A stretch of 24,000 bases of DNA from Celerinatantimonas sp. YJH-8. GTDB lineage: Bacteria; Pseudomonadota; Gammaproteobacteria; Enterobacterales; Celerinatantimonadaceae. Within the stretch, counting starts at the first letter, position 1. Every line of letters begins with the position of its first letter. The notes beneath the pieces are model-generated. The model made no database searches. It was not told the origin of the DNA and saw only the letters and a list, made by a program, of their open reading frames with translations. A program made the position numbers and the translations under genes. Location of the stretch: contig NZ_JBFNXK010000009.1 in assembly GCF_046054165.1 (NCBI RefSeq), forward strand, positions 49,263 to 73,262, in the 5' to 3' direction. Of this stretch, positions 1 through 8,290 are shown piece by piece.

Positions 1-780
1 CCCAAACGCAAAGTAGAAGAAATCGAACCGATTCGTAAAGAGCTCAACGCATTTATTCACAGTAACCGGCAACTCATCGAGAATGAAAAACGGATCACCG
101 GTGATATTGCTCACGAACTCAAAACGCCCATCGCAGAACTTATTGCTCTGACTGAGATCTATATTCAGTACCCACAAGATGAACGGATTAGCAAAACCTA
201 CCAGCACGATATGCTCTCCATCGCCAATCGTATGAAAGGGATTGTTGAGAATTTGCTATTACTGCAACGAACGTCATCCCTCTCCATGAACAAACAGTTG
301 GAATCCCTGTCTCTGGAATCGGTACTGGAACAGATCACCCGCGATTTATCATTTAAATATCCGGATATTGGCGATCGATTATCAATTGATTTAGACGGTC
401 AGGATGAAATTGTTGCCGATCGATTCAGCATCGAAACGTTGCTGGTCAATCTGTTGGATAATGCGCTATTTTATAGCCCTGAACAGACCCTCATCACCAT
501 TCGCTGGAATGCCGATCATCAGCGACAACTGGAAGTCCGCAATCAAACAGCAACACCTTTAAGCCCACAAGATCTGGAACATATTGTACAGCCGCTGTTT
601 CAGCTGGATACCTCCCGAACCCGCAGTGATCGCCATGGACTGGGTCTCTCCATTGTCAGTAACATTTGTCGGCAAAACGGTTATCAGTTTGATCTGAAGC
701 ATTCAACTGATCAAGAATTTGTCGCACGCGTTTATATTCCGCAAGGTCCTGAACTCCCTTCATCAGACTCGTTGCTATAA
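1..780 (+). CDS. Sensor histidine kinase, C-terminal portion (5' end lies outside the window)
   Basis: Frame 1 is open from base 1 (PKRKVEEIEPIRKELNAF...). The track ORF 211..780 begins at an internal Met. H-box AHELKTPIAEL has its His codon at 112-114. N-box LLDNALFYSP and G-box DRHGLGLSIVSNI are present. Stop TAA at 778-780. Confidence 0.9.
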   Translation, partial: PKRKVEEIEPIRKELNAFIHSNRQLIENEKRITGDIAHELKTPIAELIALTEIYIQYPQDERISKTYQHDMLSIANRMKGIVENLLLLQRTSSLSMNKQLESLSLESVLEQITRDLSFKYPDIGDRLSIDLDGQDEIVADRFSIETLLVNLLDNALFYSPEQTLITIRWNADHQRQLEVRNQTATPLSPQDLEHIVQPLFQLDTSRTRSDRHGLGLSIVSNICRQNGYQFDLKHSTDQEFVARVYIPQGPELPSSDSLL

Positions 781-1024
781 GCCGAGTTTTGTGAACTTTT
801 TAACTTCACTTGAGAAACGTGAATCGCGCTACAAATGAGTATTAAAGTATCATACTGGTTGCTTTGTTCATTACTGCTGAAACACGTTTCTGGACAGAAA
901 CCATTTAGCATTTTTTACTGACAAAGCATTTTCATATTAGTAAAAGCCTGTGAAATAGTGATGTTTGTACACAAATGGAGTATAGTTTGTTAGAAAAGGC
1001 AAACGATGTGACTATACCAGCGAA

Positions 1025-1060
1025 AATGATACGGGGAGCCTAATGGCTCCCCGTATCATT
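1025..1060 (-). terminator. Rho-independent terminator downstream of the helicase gene
   Basis: Perfect 16-bp inverted repeat aatgatacggggagcc / ggctccccgtatcatt with loop taat. On the minus strand the GC-rich stem is followed by ATCATTTTCG. It lies 72 nt after the helicase stop at 1132. Confidence 0.7.
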
Positions 1061-1131
1061 GCGTCGTAACTATATAACCTAGTCCGCATACAATCGTGAT
1101 CTTCAAGAATCCACGAGATAATTTATAGATA

Positions 1132-4100
1132 CTATTCTCCAGATAACTGCTTCCAAACTTTCCGATAGTCATCACCTGACATTACTGCACCATTAGGTCT
1201 AAGTCTTGACCAATCATCAGAACTCAGAGTCCTGACATAGCTAGTAGCAACCGATGAAGACAACGCTATATTTGAGTCTCTGTACTGTTGCTTAAAATCA
1301 GCCCCTAAATTTTCAGCAATACTACGGGGAACGGAATTCATTCTCATCAGGACACCTTCATCTGTTCTGACACCATGATAAAGCATTGCTGGAAGGTTGT
1401 TCAGAACTCTAAGATCAGCCTCTGACAAACTATCGAAATCAATACCAGCTGTTGGCAGCTTACTTAATGCTGATAGACCCCAAGCACCATTATTCGCAAG
1501 GTCCCGATAAACAGCTTTACAAGCTTTAGACAAATTATTTGTTAGATCACCTTCATTAAAAAATCGAGCTGCAATCTCTTGAAGAGAAGCCCCGTCAACC
1601 CAAGCTTGAGTTATATCAGCTAATCGTTGATGACCAATACCATCACCACCGATTTCAGTTAAACTTTTTTGGAGTTGTGGTACTCGCATCATTATTCCCA
1701 TCAAATCAGGTAACGCAGATCGCCTTCCTTCATTTCCAAACAAGCTACTTGGTTGCCAATCTTCGATTGTTAATTTGTTTTCAAGATTATTGAGTTCTAA
1801 CAACGCAGTTCGAACCCCCTCCGGAGAAAAACCAGTTGAGTCCGCCAAAGCGGCATTTTCAGGATGCTCAGCAATTTGTCTAACATAACCTCGGGTAGCT
1901 TCAAGTAGAGCATCTGCTCGCTGCTGAGAATTCGCATCTGATTTAGCTCGCAGTGAGCTAAATCCATAGGTATTCCTCAAAAGTTGTTCCGCTTCAGCAA
2001 TAACCTCGTCAAGATTACGTTTCTCATTCCATAAGTGTGCTATATAACTACGAAAATCGGCCCATTGCTCTTGGTGAATTACCGCTGAGAGATCATTTAA
2101 ATCTCCAAGAGAATCAATTTCTTCAAGCATACTTACTAGACGCGAAAGGAGATCACCAGTAGCATCACGAACAAACTGTCTTATTTCATGAGGATTAGTT
2201 CCTGCTGCTATTCCAACCACACCAACGCTATCGTGGTCAATTCTTCCAGCTCGCCCAGCAAGATTCCAAAACTCACGAGACGACATTTTAACGCCATAAG
2301 GATACTTAGGACTTGCAAGAAAAACTGATGAAACTGGGAAATTTAATCCTTGAGCAATCGTTGTCGTTGCACACATGACTCTGACATGACCTTCTTCGGT
2401 TAGCCATTCAATAAGTGCTAGAGCTTCCGCAGGCAAACCAGCATGATGCACTACAACTCCTTTTTCTAGCATTCCTATAAGCTCAAAATCCGGACTAATT
2501 TCTGTACTTAGGAATCGTTGAACCAAAGCAATTTCCTCTGGAATCCTATCTAGAGGCTCAAGATCATTTGCTATTAATCTAGCAATACTCCACACATCAG
2601 GAATCTTTTGCGCAACAGCAATACTTGTTCCTCGTTTAGAAAAGACTTTGGCCATAGCAGCGGCCTGCTTTGATAAAGACTGGGCAGAGCTATAATTCAA
2701 ACTTCGAATAGGTCTAATACCATCCACATAGTGTTGTCCACGAAGATGAATTGTCCTTTGAGTGGTTGTTAAAGTCTCAAATGTTAACTTCCAATTACCA
2801 TTTCCTTCTGCGCGTTCCCTATTAAACAAACCAACAATTCTTTCGTTTGGTTGCCAAGCTGAAGTACTAAGACTAATACTCTTTCCTCTACCGGAACCAA
2901 GCCACTGTGCAAGTTCATTAGCATTTGGCACAAAAGGCATTAGCAACAAGAAGTTTGCTTTTGAAGCTTCTTGCTTAATGGTTGCCAACAGAAGCTCAAT
3001 ACGAAGGCCACGCTCTCTATCTTCTATGTTGTGTGCCTCATCCATTACTAATAGTGCTAATGGACGCTGAACCTTCCTATTGCGCATAACCAGTTGCAAC
3101 TTCTCTGGCGTTGCAACTAATACCTGAAAAGCATCATCTTCACTTAAAAGTGCATTTTCAAAAGCATCTACTTCAATCGCTCCTGTAAGTTGTTCAACCT
3201 TGATGCCAATTGGCCCAAAGTCAGAACGCAATCTCCTAGTGATCTGCGAAACAAGTGCCCGTGTAGGTGCAACATATGCAATCCATCCTCCATCATCAGC
3301 AAACTGATTTAGTGCCTGAAGCATTCTAAATTGAGCTAATTGGGTTTTACCTCCAGATGTAGGCATATCTATCACAACAGCCCGACTTGCAGGATCAAGC
3401 AGATTTTGCTCTTGCAATGCAGCTCTCTGAGGTGGTAATAACTCAAACATACTTTTATGACGAATAACATGGTCAACAAACCTAGTCACTCTAGAGTTCA
3501 CACTATGAGCAACCCACCAAAGAGAACCTTCGACCATTTTATGACTAGATACATGTAGCCAACGCAACAACATTTCTAACTTTGTATCAGAAGATATTTG
3601 TGCGGCTTTTAGAGCTGCTTCGAAATGCAGATCTAACTCTGATTCAATTGCTAATGGTTCTCCCTGAAGCATATATGTTGCAAGTCGTTCAGTTGCTTTA
3701 GCCCAATGATATAGGGAGATCAAACGAACCGCCTCACTTTGTTTGGTTGTACCTTGGGAGCTTTCTAAGAAAGCTCTTTCATGACTAGATTGATCATTAC
3801 GAAGACCTACAATAATTTCCGAAATTTGATCTAAATCGTCCCAAGAGCGTTTTCGAAGCAAGCGAATCCATGCATCAAACAAACGATAAACTACTCGCTT
3901 GTTCCATTCAACATCAACAACAGATGGACTCTGAACTTCTTGCTCATGCTTTTCAAACCAACGTCTCAGATCTGTCCATCGGTCACCTGCATATGCCAAC
4001 CCAGCCATGTGAAGGACATGAAATATACGCTGATCAGTATCTTCCGGAATAGGAAGTGCTCTCATTAAACTAAAAGCTTTATTGGCACCAGCTATCGCTA

Positions 4101-4362
4101 TATTTTTGATATTTTTCTCTACAGACGAAGGACTAAGCAGCATAGGTAGTCCTTCAATAGCCGCCAGCTCATATGCAGAGGCGACTTCCTCAATAGATAC
4201 ATAATCAATATTTACAGGTTCACTAGTAAACAAACTACCCAAAGCACTATTTACCAGACTATCTTTTGCTGCATCAAACGCCGCTTTACGAGTTTCGCCA
4301 TTGATAGACTGTACTGCCCAGTGAGTATCTACTGACTGCAACTGTTCAAATGATAAGGTCAT
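1132..4362 (-). CDS. Ski2/Hel308-like superfamily-2 DEAH helicase (1076 aa) with uncharacterised N-terminal (~305 aa) and C-terminal (~355 aa) regions; HamB-like candidate
   Basis: Motifs in order:
- pre-motif-I LLPPQRAAL;
- motif I MPTSGGKT (nt 3343-3366, checked on the sequence);
- motif Ia YVAPTRAL;
- VATPEKL;
- motif II DEAH (nt 3031-3042, checked);
- HHAGLP...ATTTIAQGLNFP (motifs IV/V);
- motif VI AGRAGR (nt 2242-2259).
The ATG at 4362 overlaps the upstream gene's TGA as ATGA. Confidence 0.9.
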   Translation of the reverse strand: MTLSFEQLQSVDTHWAVQSINGETRKAAFDAAKDSLVNSALGSLFTSEPVNIDYVSIEEVASAYELAAIEGLPMLLSPSSVEKNIKNIAIAGANKAFSLMRALPIPEDTDQRIFHVLHMAGLAYAGDRWTDLRRWFEKHEQEVQSPSVVDVEWNKRVVYRLFDAWIRLLRKRSWDDLDQISEIIVGLRNDQSSHERAFLESSQGTTKQSEAVRLISLYHWAKATERLATYMLQGEPLAIESELDLHFEAALKAAQISSDTKLEMLLRWLHVSSHKMVEGSLWWVAHSVNSRVTRFVDHVIRHKSMFELLPPQRAALQEQNLLDPASRAVVIDMPTSGGKTQLAQFRMLQALNQFADDGGWIAYVAPTRALVSQITRRLRSDFGPIGIKVEQLTGAIEVDAFENALLSEDDAFQVLVATPEKLQLVMRNRKVQRPLALLVMDEAHNIEDRERGLRIELLLATIKQEASKANFLLLMPFVPNANELAQWLGSGRGKSISLSTSAWQPNERIVGLFNRERAEGNGNWKLTFETLTTTQRTIHLRGQHYVDGIRPIRSLNYSSAQSLSKQAAAMAKVFSKRGTSIAVAQKIPDVWSIARLIANDLEPLDRIPEEIALVQRFLSTEISPDFELIGMLEKGVVVHHAGLPAEALALIEWLTEEGHVRVMCATTTIAQGLNFPVSSVFLASPKYPYGVKMSSREFWNLAGRAGRIDHDSVGVVGIAAGTNPHEIRQFVRDATGDLLSRLVSMLEEIDSLGDLNDLSAVIHQEQWADFRSYIAHLWNEKRNLDEVIAEAEQLLRNTYGFSSLRAKSDANSQQRADALLEATRGYVRQIAEHPENAALADSTGFSPEGVRTALLELNNLENKLTIEDWQPSSLFGNEGRRSALPDLMGIMMRVPQLQKSLTEIGGDGIGHQRLADITQAWVDGASLQEIAARFFNEGDLTNNLSKACKAVYRDLANNGAWGLSALSKLPTAGIDFDSLSEADLRVLNNLPAMLYHGVRTDEGVLMRMNSVPRSIAENLGADFKQQYRDSNIALSSSVATSYVRTLSSDDWSRLRPNGAVMSGDDYRKVWKQLSGE

Positions 4363-5165
4363 ACATTGTCCTCACCATTCATTGCTGATTGTGCTAGTGT
4401 CGGCAAATTTAAGATATTACCAGTAGGAATATGTATCGCATGCAGCTCTATATTCGTTGCTACGGGACAGTTGTTGGCAAGAGCACTGGCTTTTCCACGA
4501 AGATCTGTCTCTTGAGGCGTAGTATCACGAATAAGTACACCATACACAGCTATATCCGTACCACTTGACTGAAAATAACGTTTAGCTGCACTTTGAAATT
4601 TGCATTGCCAAGGTTTACCTATGGCATGCCGTCCTAAATATTTCACTAGATCTATCTTTACTCTCTTATCATCACGTAAACCAAACAATTGGTTTCCTAG
4701 ACTAGTCATAACACTTGGCGGTGAGCTTTGAGAATAAGATGTCTTAACTTCGCCAAAACTAAAACGATAAGGTAGCTCTTGATCATTAACTCGTTGAAGT
4801 CCTGTTAAGTCGCATCCCGCAGGGCTTGCATTAGAATTTTTTAGATCTCTGGATGTTGGCCATGGATATTCACATCCTCCGCGTTCTGAGACAAAAGCTT
4901 CTGCAATTGCTTCTCCAACCAACCAGTCTTCAAACTCATAATCTTCAGCAAGTACTTGCGCTAATTCGGCATGTTCAAAATCTGTAGTAATAAGACCAGC
5001 AAGTAATCCTTGGAGTTCTTCTTGACCAGTCGTATCCCGCAAAATAGTTTTCACTGGACCAGAAAGAATCAGGTCTAGTTGATGAGCTGTATAGGAAATG
5101 CCATAAGCAACAACTGGAGGTGTACTGACATCATATTCTAGAGTATAAGCAGGCATAGCCATCAC
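4359..5165 (-). CDS. Hypothetical 268-aa protein with a PD-(D/E)xK nuclease-like signature; HamA (DUF1837)-like candidate effector
   Basis: Uninterrupted ORF. Possible starts are GTG 5165, ATG 5162 or ATG 5156, with AGGA 6-9 nt upstream. The motif order is typical of restriction-endonuclease-fold enzymes: a helix Glu (WLVGEAIAEAF), D119 in GCDLTG (codon 4809-4811) and E139-V-K141 in FGEVKTS (4743-4751). It has a 4-bp overlap with the helicase gene. Confidence 0.75.
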   Translation of the reverse strand: MMAMPAYTLEYDVSTPPVVAYGISYTAHQLDLILSGPVKTILRDTTGQEELQGLLAGLITTDFEHAELAQVLAEDYEFEDWLVGEAIAEAFVSERGGCEYPWPTSRDLKNSNASPAGCDLTGLQRVNDQELPYRFSFGEVKTSYSQSSPPSVMTSLGNQLFGLRDDKRVKIDLVKYLGRHAIGKPWQCKFQSAAKRYFQSSGTDIAVYGVLIRDTTPQETDLRGKASALANNCPVATNIELHAIHIPTGNILNLPTLAQSAMNGEDNV

Positions 5166-5614
5166 TAGATATCCTGCTTACAAGAACAAGAGAAAACTAT
5201 TTTATTCAAAGTATTACCCTTACATTATCTACGTACTGTTAAGTAACCCATGATAAACTCAATATATGTTACCATTTCATATTGATCAAAACTGAATCCA
5301 GCAGTAGCACACGACACCTTTACACCAAAAACTATTTAAAAATAGGCGTATCTACTTACCAGCGCTGATTAAATACATCACCTATCATATTTTCTAAGTT
5401 AAATTTTACGAGATTAATAACATAAACCCAAGTTCAAAAAGTCATGCAAGGTATCAGATAGAGCGCCAAATCAAAGAAATAATTACATATAAATCTGGTA
5501 AGGCCTGAAATTTATCGATACAGTAGGATTACAAAAAGTAAGTTTTTACACCACTTTAACCGCCATATTGATAGATTTAACTAAAACACAATGGGGCAAA
5601 ACCGTCTTAGAAAC

Positions 5615-5640
5615 GGCAGCGTACCGATGCGATCGCTGCC
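5615..5640 (-). terminator. Candidate terminator of aegA
   Basis: Stem ggcagcg / cgctgcc (7 bp, 12-nt loop). On the minus strand it is followed by GTTTCTAAGACGGTTTTG. A second small hairpin (gcccctc gagt gaggggt, 5700-5717) sits directly after the aegA stop but lacks a U-tract. Confidence 0.35.
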
Positions 5641-5739
5641 ATTTTAGGATGATACTTTAACACTCAGTATGAGACTTTGTTACTCTCCCACGATGCTCAG
5701 CCCCTCGAGTGAGGGGTGATTTACCTTAAGCGGGATCAG

Positions 5740-7719
5740 TTATGCCTGAATATAATTCAGGATCCCTTCTGCCGCATGACGGCCATCCGCTAAGGCCGTT
5801 ACCACTAAATCAGCCCCGCGCACCGCATCACCACCGGCAAAAATTTTCGGATTAGAAGTCTGATAACTGTATCGGCTATCCACTCGGGCATCAATGTTAT
5901 GCCAACGCCCCAGTTGAACCCCCTGTTCCACCAGCCAAGGCATTTCATGGTTTAAGAAACCAAAGGCAACAATCACCGCATCGGCAGGCATTACAAACTC
6001 CGAACCTTCAATCGGTTCTGGTCGACGCCGACCATCAGCACCCGGTTCACCTAACTGCGTCCGTAACATCCGGATCCCACTGACAGCCCCGGTTTCATCC
6101 AGCTCAATATTGATAGGTTGTACATAAAATTCAAATTCAACCCCTTCCTCTTTCGCATTCTTAACTTCTTTGCGAGAGCCCGGCATATTGGCTTCATCCC
6201 GGCGATAAGCACAAGTAACTCGGGTGGCTCCCTGACGAATCGCGGTACGCACACAATCCATCGCGGTATCACCACCGCCCAGAACCACCACCTGTTGACC
6301 CGATAAATTAATATAAGGCTCTTTCGGATCTTCCGGCAGGTTCATCAGAGAACGCGTATTGGCCATCAAATAAGGCAGCGCTTCAAATACCCCCGGAGCA
6401 TCTTCATTCGCCAGACCGGCCGCCATTGGTTTATATGTTCCAACCCCGACAAATACCGCATCATATTCTGACAACAAATCAGATAACTGAACGTCTGTTC
6501 CGACGTCACACCCCAGACGGAATTCGATCCCCATCTCGGTGAAAATCTCCCGGCGCCGAGCCAGAACCGATTTATCCAACTTGAAGGATGGGATCCCAAA
6601 TGTCAGCAAGCCACCGATTTCAGCATGGCGATCAAACACCACCGGTTTCACACCATGTCGGATCAAGACATCGGCACAAGCTAATCCAGCTGGACCGGCA
6701 CCAATAATGGCGACCCGTCGATCCGTCATCATGACCCCACTCAGATCAGGTTTCCAACCTTTAGCAAAAGCCTGCTCTGAAATAAAACGTTCAATATTTC
6801 CAATGGTCACGGAACCTGATTTTTCTTTTAAGGTACATCCGCTTTCACATAACCGATCTTGAGGACAAATCCGCCCGGTAATTTCAGGCATACAGTTGGT
6901 CTGGTGTGATAATTCAACCGCCTCATCAATCCGCCCTTCCTGAACTAAACGGATCCATTGTGGAATATGGTTGTGCAGTGGACATTTCCACTCACAAATA
7001 CTGTGCTCACCACAGGTTAAACAACGCCCACTCTGGCTATCGGCTCGTTTTTCATCGAAGGTGATATACAGTTCATCAAAACCTTTTTTACGAAGCTCCA
7101 GATCAATCTTATCCGGATCCTGACGGGATGAAGAGTGTTCCAGTAAAGTCACTTTATTAATTCGATGTGCGCTTGGCGCCGCAGTATCAACAACCGGTTC
7201 ACTCTGGGTATGCCAAGGCAACGCCGACTGCAAGGCATTATTGCGACGTTTTTCAGCAGCGCTATCCGACAGCATCTGCTCGGTCATCAGTGACAAGGCC
7301 TGATTAGGGCAGTTTTCAACACAAGCCGGGCCACCCTCACGATCCACGCATAAATCACATTTGAGCGCCATCGCCTTCACCTGATGCTCAGCAATCGGCC
7401 GAGTCACCACTTCAATTGCCCCGAAGGGACAGTTGACCTCACATGCTTTACACCCGATACATCGCTGCTGATCAATATGGATCCCATCATCCAGCCGTTG
7501 GATGGCACCATTTGGACACCCCTGTAAACAAGGAGCATCCTCACAATGGTGACATGTAATCGCCGTATTAATTTGCTCAGATTTAATCACATGAATACGA
7601 GGAAAAAACTGATCCGCAGTTAATACATGTTGACCATCGTTATGTGCCATGACACAGGCAACTTCACAGGCATGACACCCCAAACATTGCTTTGGATTTA
7701 CAATTATAAATTGATTCAT
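5740..7719 (-). CDS. aegA: AegA-type oxidoreductase: N-terminal multi-4Fe-4S ferredoxin module fused to a GltD-like NAD(P)H/FAD domain
   Basis: Several CxxCxxCxxxCP clusters (CLGCHACEVAC, CIGCKACEVNCP, CDLC...CVENCP). The GltD-like part carries VAIIGAGPAGLACA and VVVLGGGDTAMDC dinucleotide folds and ends in FAGGDAVRGADLVVTA. It is collinear with my recollection of E. coli AegA. I use the ATG at 7719 (MNQFIIVNPKQCLGC, 659 aa) instead of the track's TTG at 7755. Confidence 0.9.
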   Translation of the reverse strand: MNQFIIVNPKQCLGCHACEVACVMAHNDGQHVLTADQFFPRIHVIKSEQINTAITCHHCEDAPCLQGCPNGAIQRLDDGIHIDQQRCIGCKACEVNCPFGAIEVVTRPIAEHQVKAMALKCDLCVDREGGPACVENCPNQALSLMTEQMLSDSAAEKRRNNALQSALPWHTQSEPVVDTAAPSAHRINKVTLLEHSSSRQDPDKIDLELRKKGFDELYITFDEKRADSQSGRCLTCGEHSICEWKCPLHNHIPQWIRLVQEGRIDEAVELSHQTNCMPEITGRICPQDRLCESGCTLKEKSGSVTIGNIERFISEQAFAKGWKPDLSGVMMTDRRVAIIGAGPAGLACADVLIRHGVKPVVFDRHAEIGGLLTFGIPSFKLDKSVLARRREIFTEMGIEFRLGCDVGTDVQLSDLLSEYDAVFVGVGTYKPMAAGLANEDAPGVFEALPYLMANTRSLMNLPEDPKEPYINLSGQQVVVLGGGDTAMDCVRTAIRQGATRVTCAYRRDEANMPGSRKEVKNAKEEGVEFEFYVQPINIELDETGAVSGIRMLRTQLGEPGADGRRRPEPIEGSEFVMPADAVIVAFGFLNHEMPWLVEQGVQLGRWHNIDARVDSRYSYQTSNPKIFAGGDAVRGADLVVTALADGRHAAEGILNYIQA

Positions 7720-7978
7720 ATTGAGTCTTTTTTCTAAGCCGAGACAAGCTCCCAACAGATCATCGAAATCATATCAACACAAGAGGCACAGTGCCGATAC
7801 AATAGATCGAGATGAGTTTTGTCTTAATAATGAAGAATTATCTTATTTATTGTTATTTATTAGGTAGTTGCAATCGCTTTGAAATGATATATACAACATA
7901 CCTTTCATGAATTACGCCATCAACATGACATAGAAAAGAGGGGTTGTCGCTTATCTTATGTGACATTTTAAAGTTCGG

Positions 7979-7992
7979 TTGATCTGAATCAA
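7979..7992. promoter_or_regulatory. FNR-type box TTGATctgaATCAA upstream of aegA
   Basis: Exact match to the FNR consensus TTGAT-N4-ATCAA. On the minus strand TAAGAT lies about 21 nt downstream of the box, which is class-II-like spacing. The box is about 260 nt upstream of the aegA ATG. Confidence 0.5.
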
Positions 7993-8290
7993 GATGCACC
8001 GAAAAAACAAATTTGGGGGGAAACACTATAAATACCAATTATTTATAGCATAATACACTATTACTAATCCTCTTGATGCCTCGATCGACTTCTCTGTCCC
8101 GGGTTCACAGGGATTCACCAGTCAGAATACGCTCGCTCATGCGCCACGCCAAACGCAGAGGCTCAAAGCTCCGAAGCCTTCATAATCGCCAATTTATGAA
8201 TAAAATCACTTGCTTCTATATCGCAATTTTATCATTTTAAGAATATTGCCTGCTGTGATAACTTGGCGCTCATTCAACAGAATAATCGGG

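Larger units (their letters stand above)
781..5600. other. AT-richer accessory insert (candidate defence islet) between the kinase gene and aegA
   Basis: Hand counts of single 60-nt lines gave about 38-42% G+C inside the two genes and about 33% in the 5166-5590 spacer, against about 42-58% in the four flanking-gene lines sampled. The two genes are functionally unrelated to their neighbours. Boundaries are approximate. No integrase and no flanking direct repeats were found. Confidence 0.45.

Noticed and set aside
2762-4052. Plus-strand ORFs 2762..3070 (102 aa) and 3870..4052 (60 aa) inside the helicase gene
   Set aside because: They are antisense shadows of a strongly supported CDS. Their translations are not protein-like, and I saw no RBS.
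781-5740. Search for attachment-site direct repeats, integrase, a tRNA target or IS ends around the candidate defence islet
   Set aside because: Reading both flanks, I saw only vague similarity (ttgagaaacgtgaatcgcgc against cttagaaacggcagcg...gatcgc) and nothing convincing. I therefore make no mobile-element call.
6051-6862. ORFs 6051..6275(-), 6118..6306(+), 6366..6599(-) and 6539..6862(+) inside aegA
   Set aside because: They are alternative-frame or antisense ORFs within a gene whose own frame carries clear Fe-S and GltD motifs. Their compositions are Arg/Ser/Pro-rich and artefactual.
7720-7755. Track start of aegA at 7755
   Set aside because: Codon 7753-7755 is TTG and adds MGACLGLEKRLN. 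The ATG at 7719 gives the conserved MNQF...CLGCHAC N-terminus.
7853-8038. 61-aa ORF in the aegA/LysR intergenic region
   Set aside because: It has a TTG start, lies in AT-rich promoter DNA, overlaps the FNR box and has no recognisable motif.
8210-8290. N-terminal extension of the LysR ORF from TTG 8210, and the alternative-frame ORF 8616..8900
   Set aside because: The extension is hydrophobic read-through of promoter DNA ahead of the HTH. The 94-aa ORF is out of frame inside the LysR gene.
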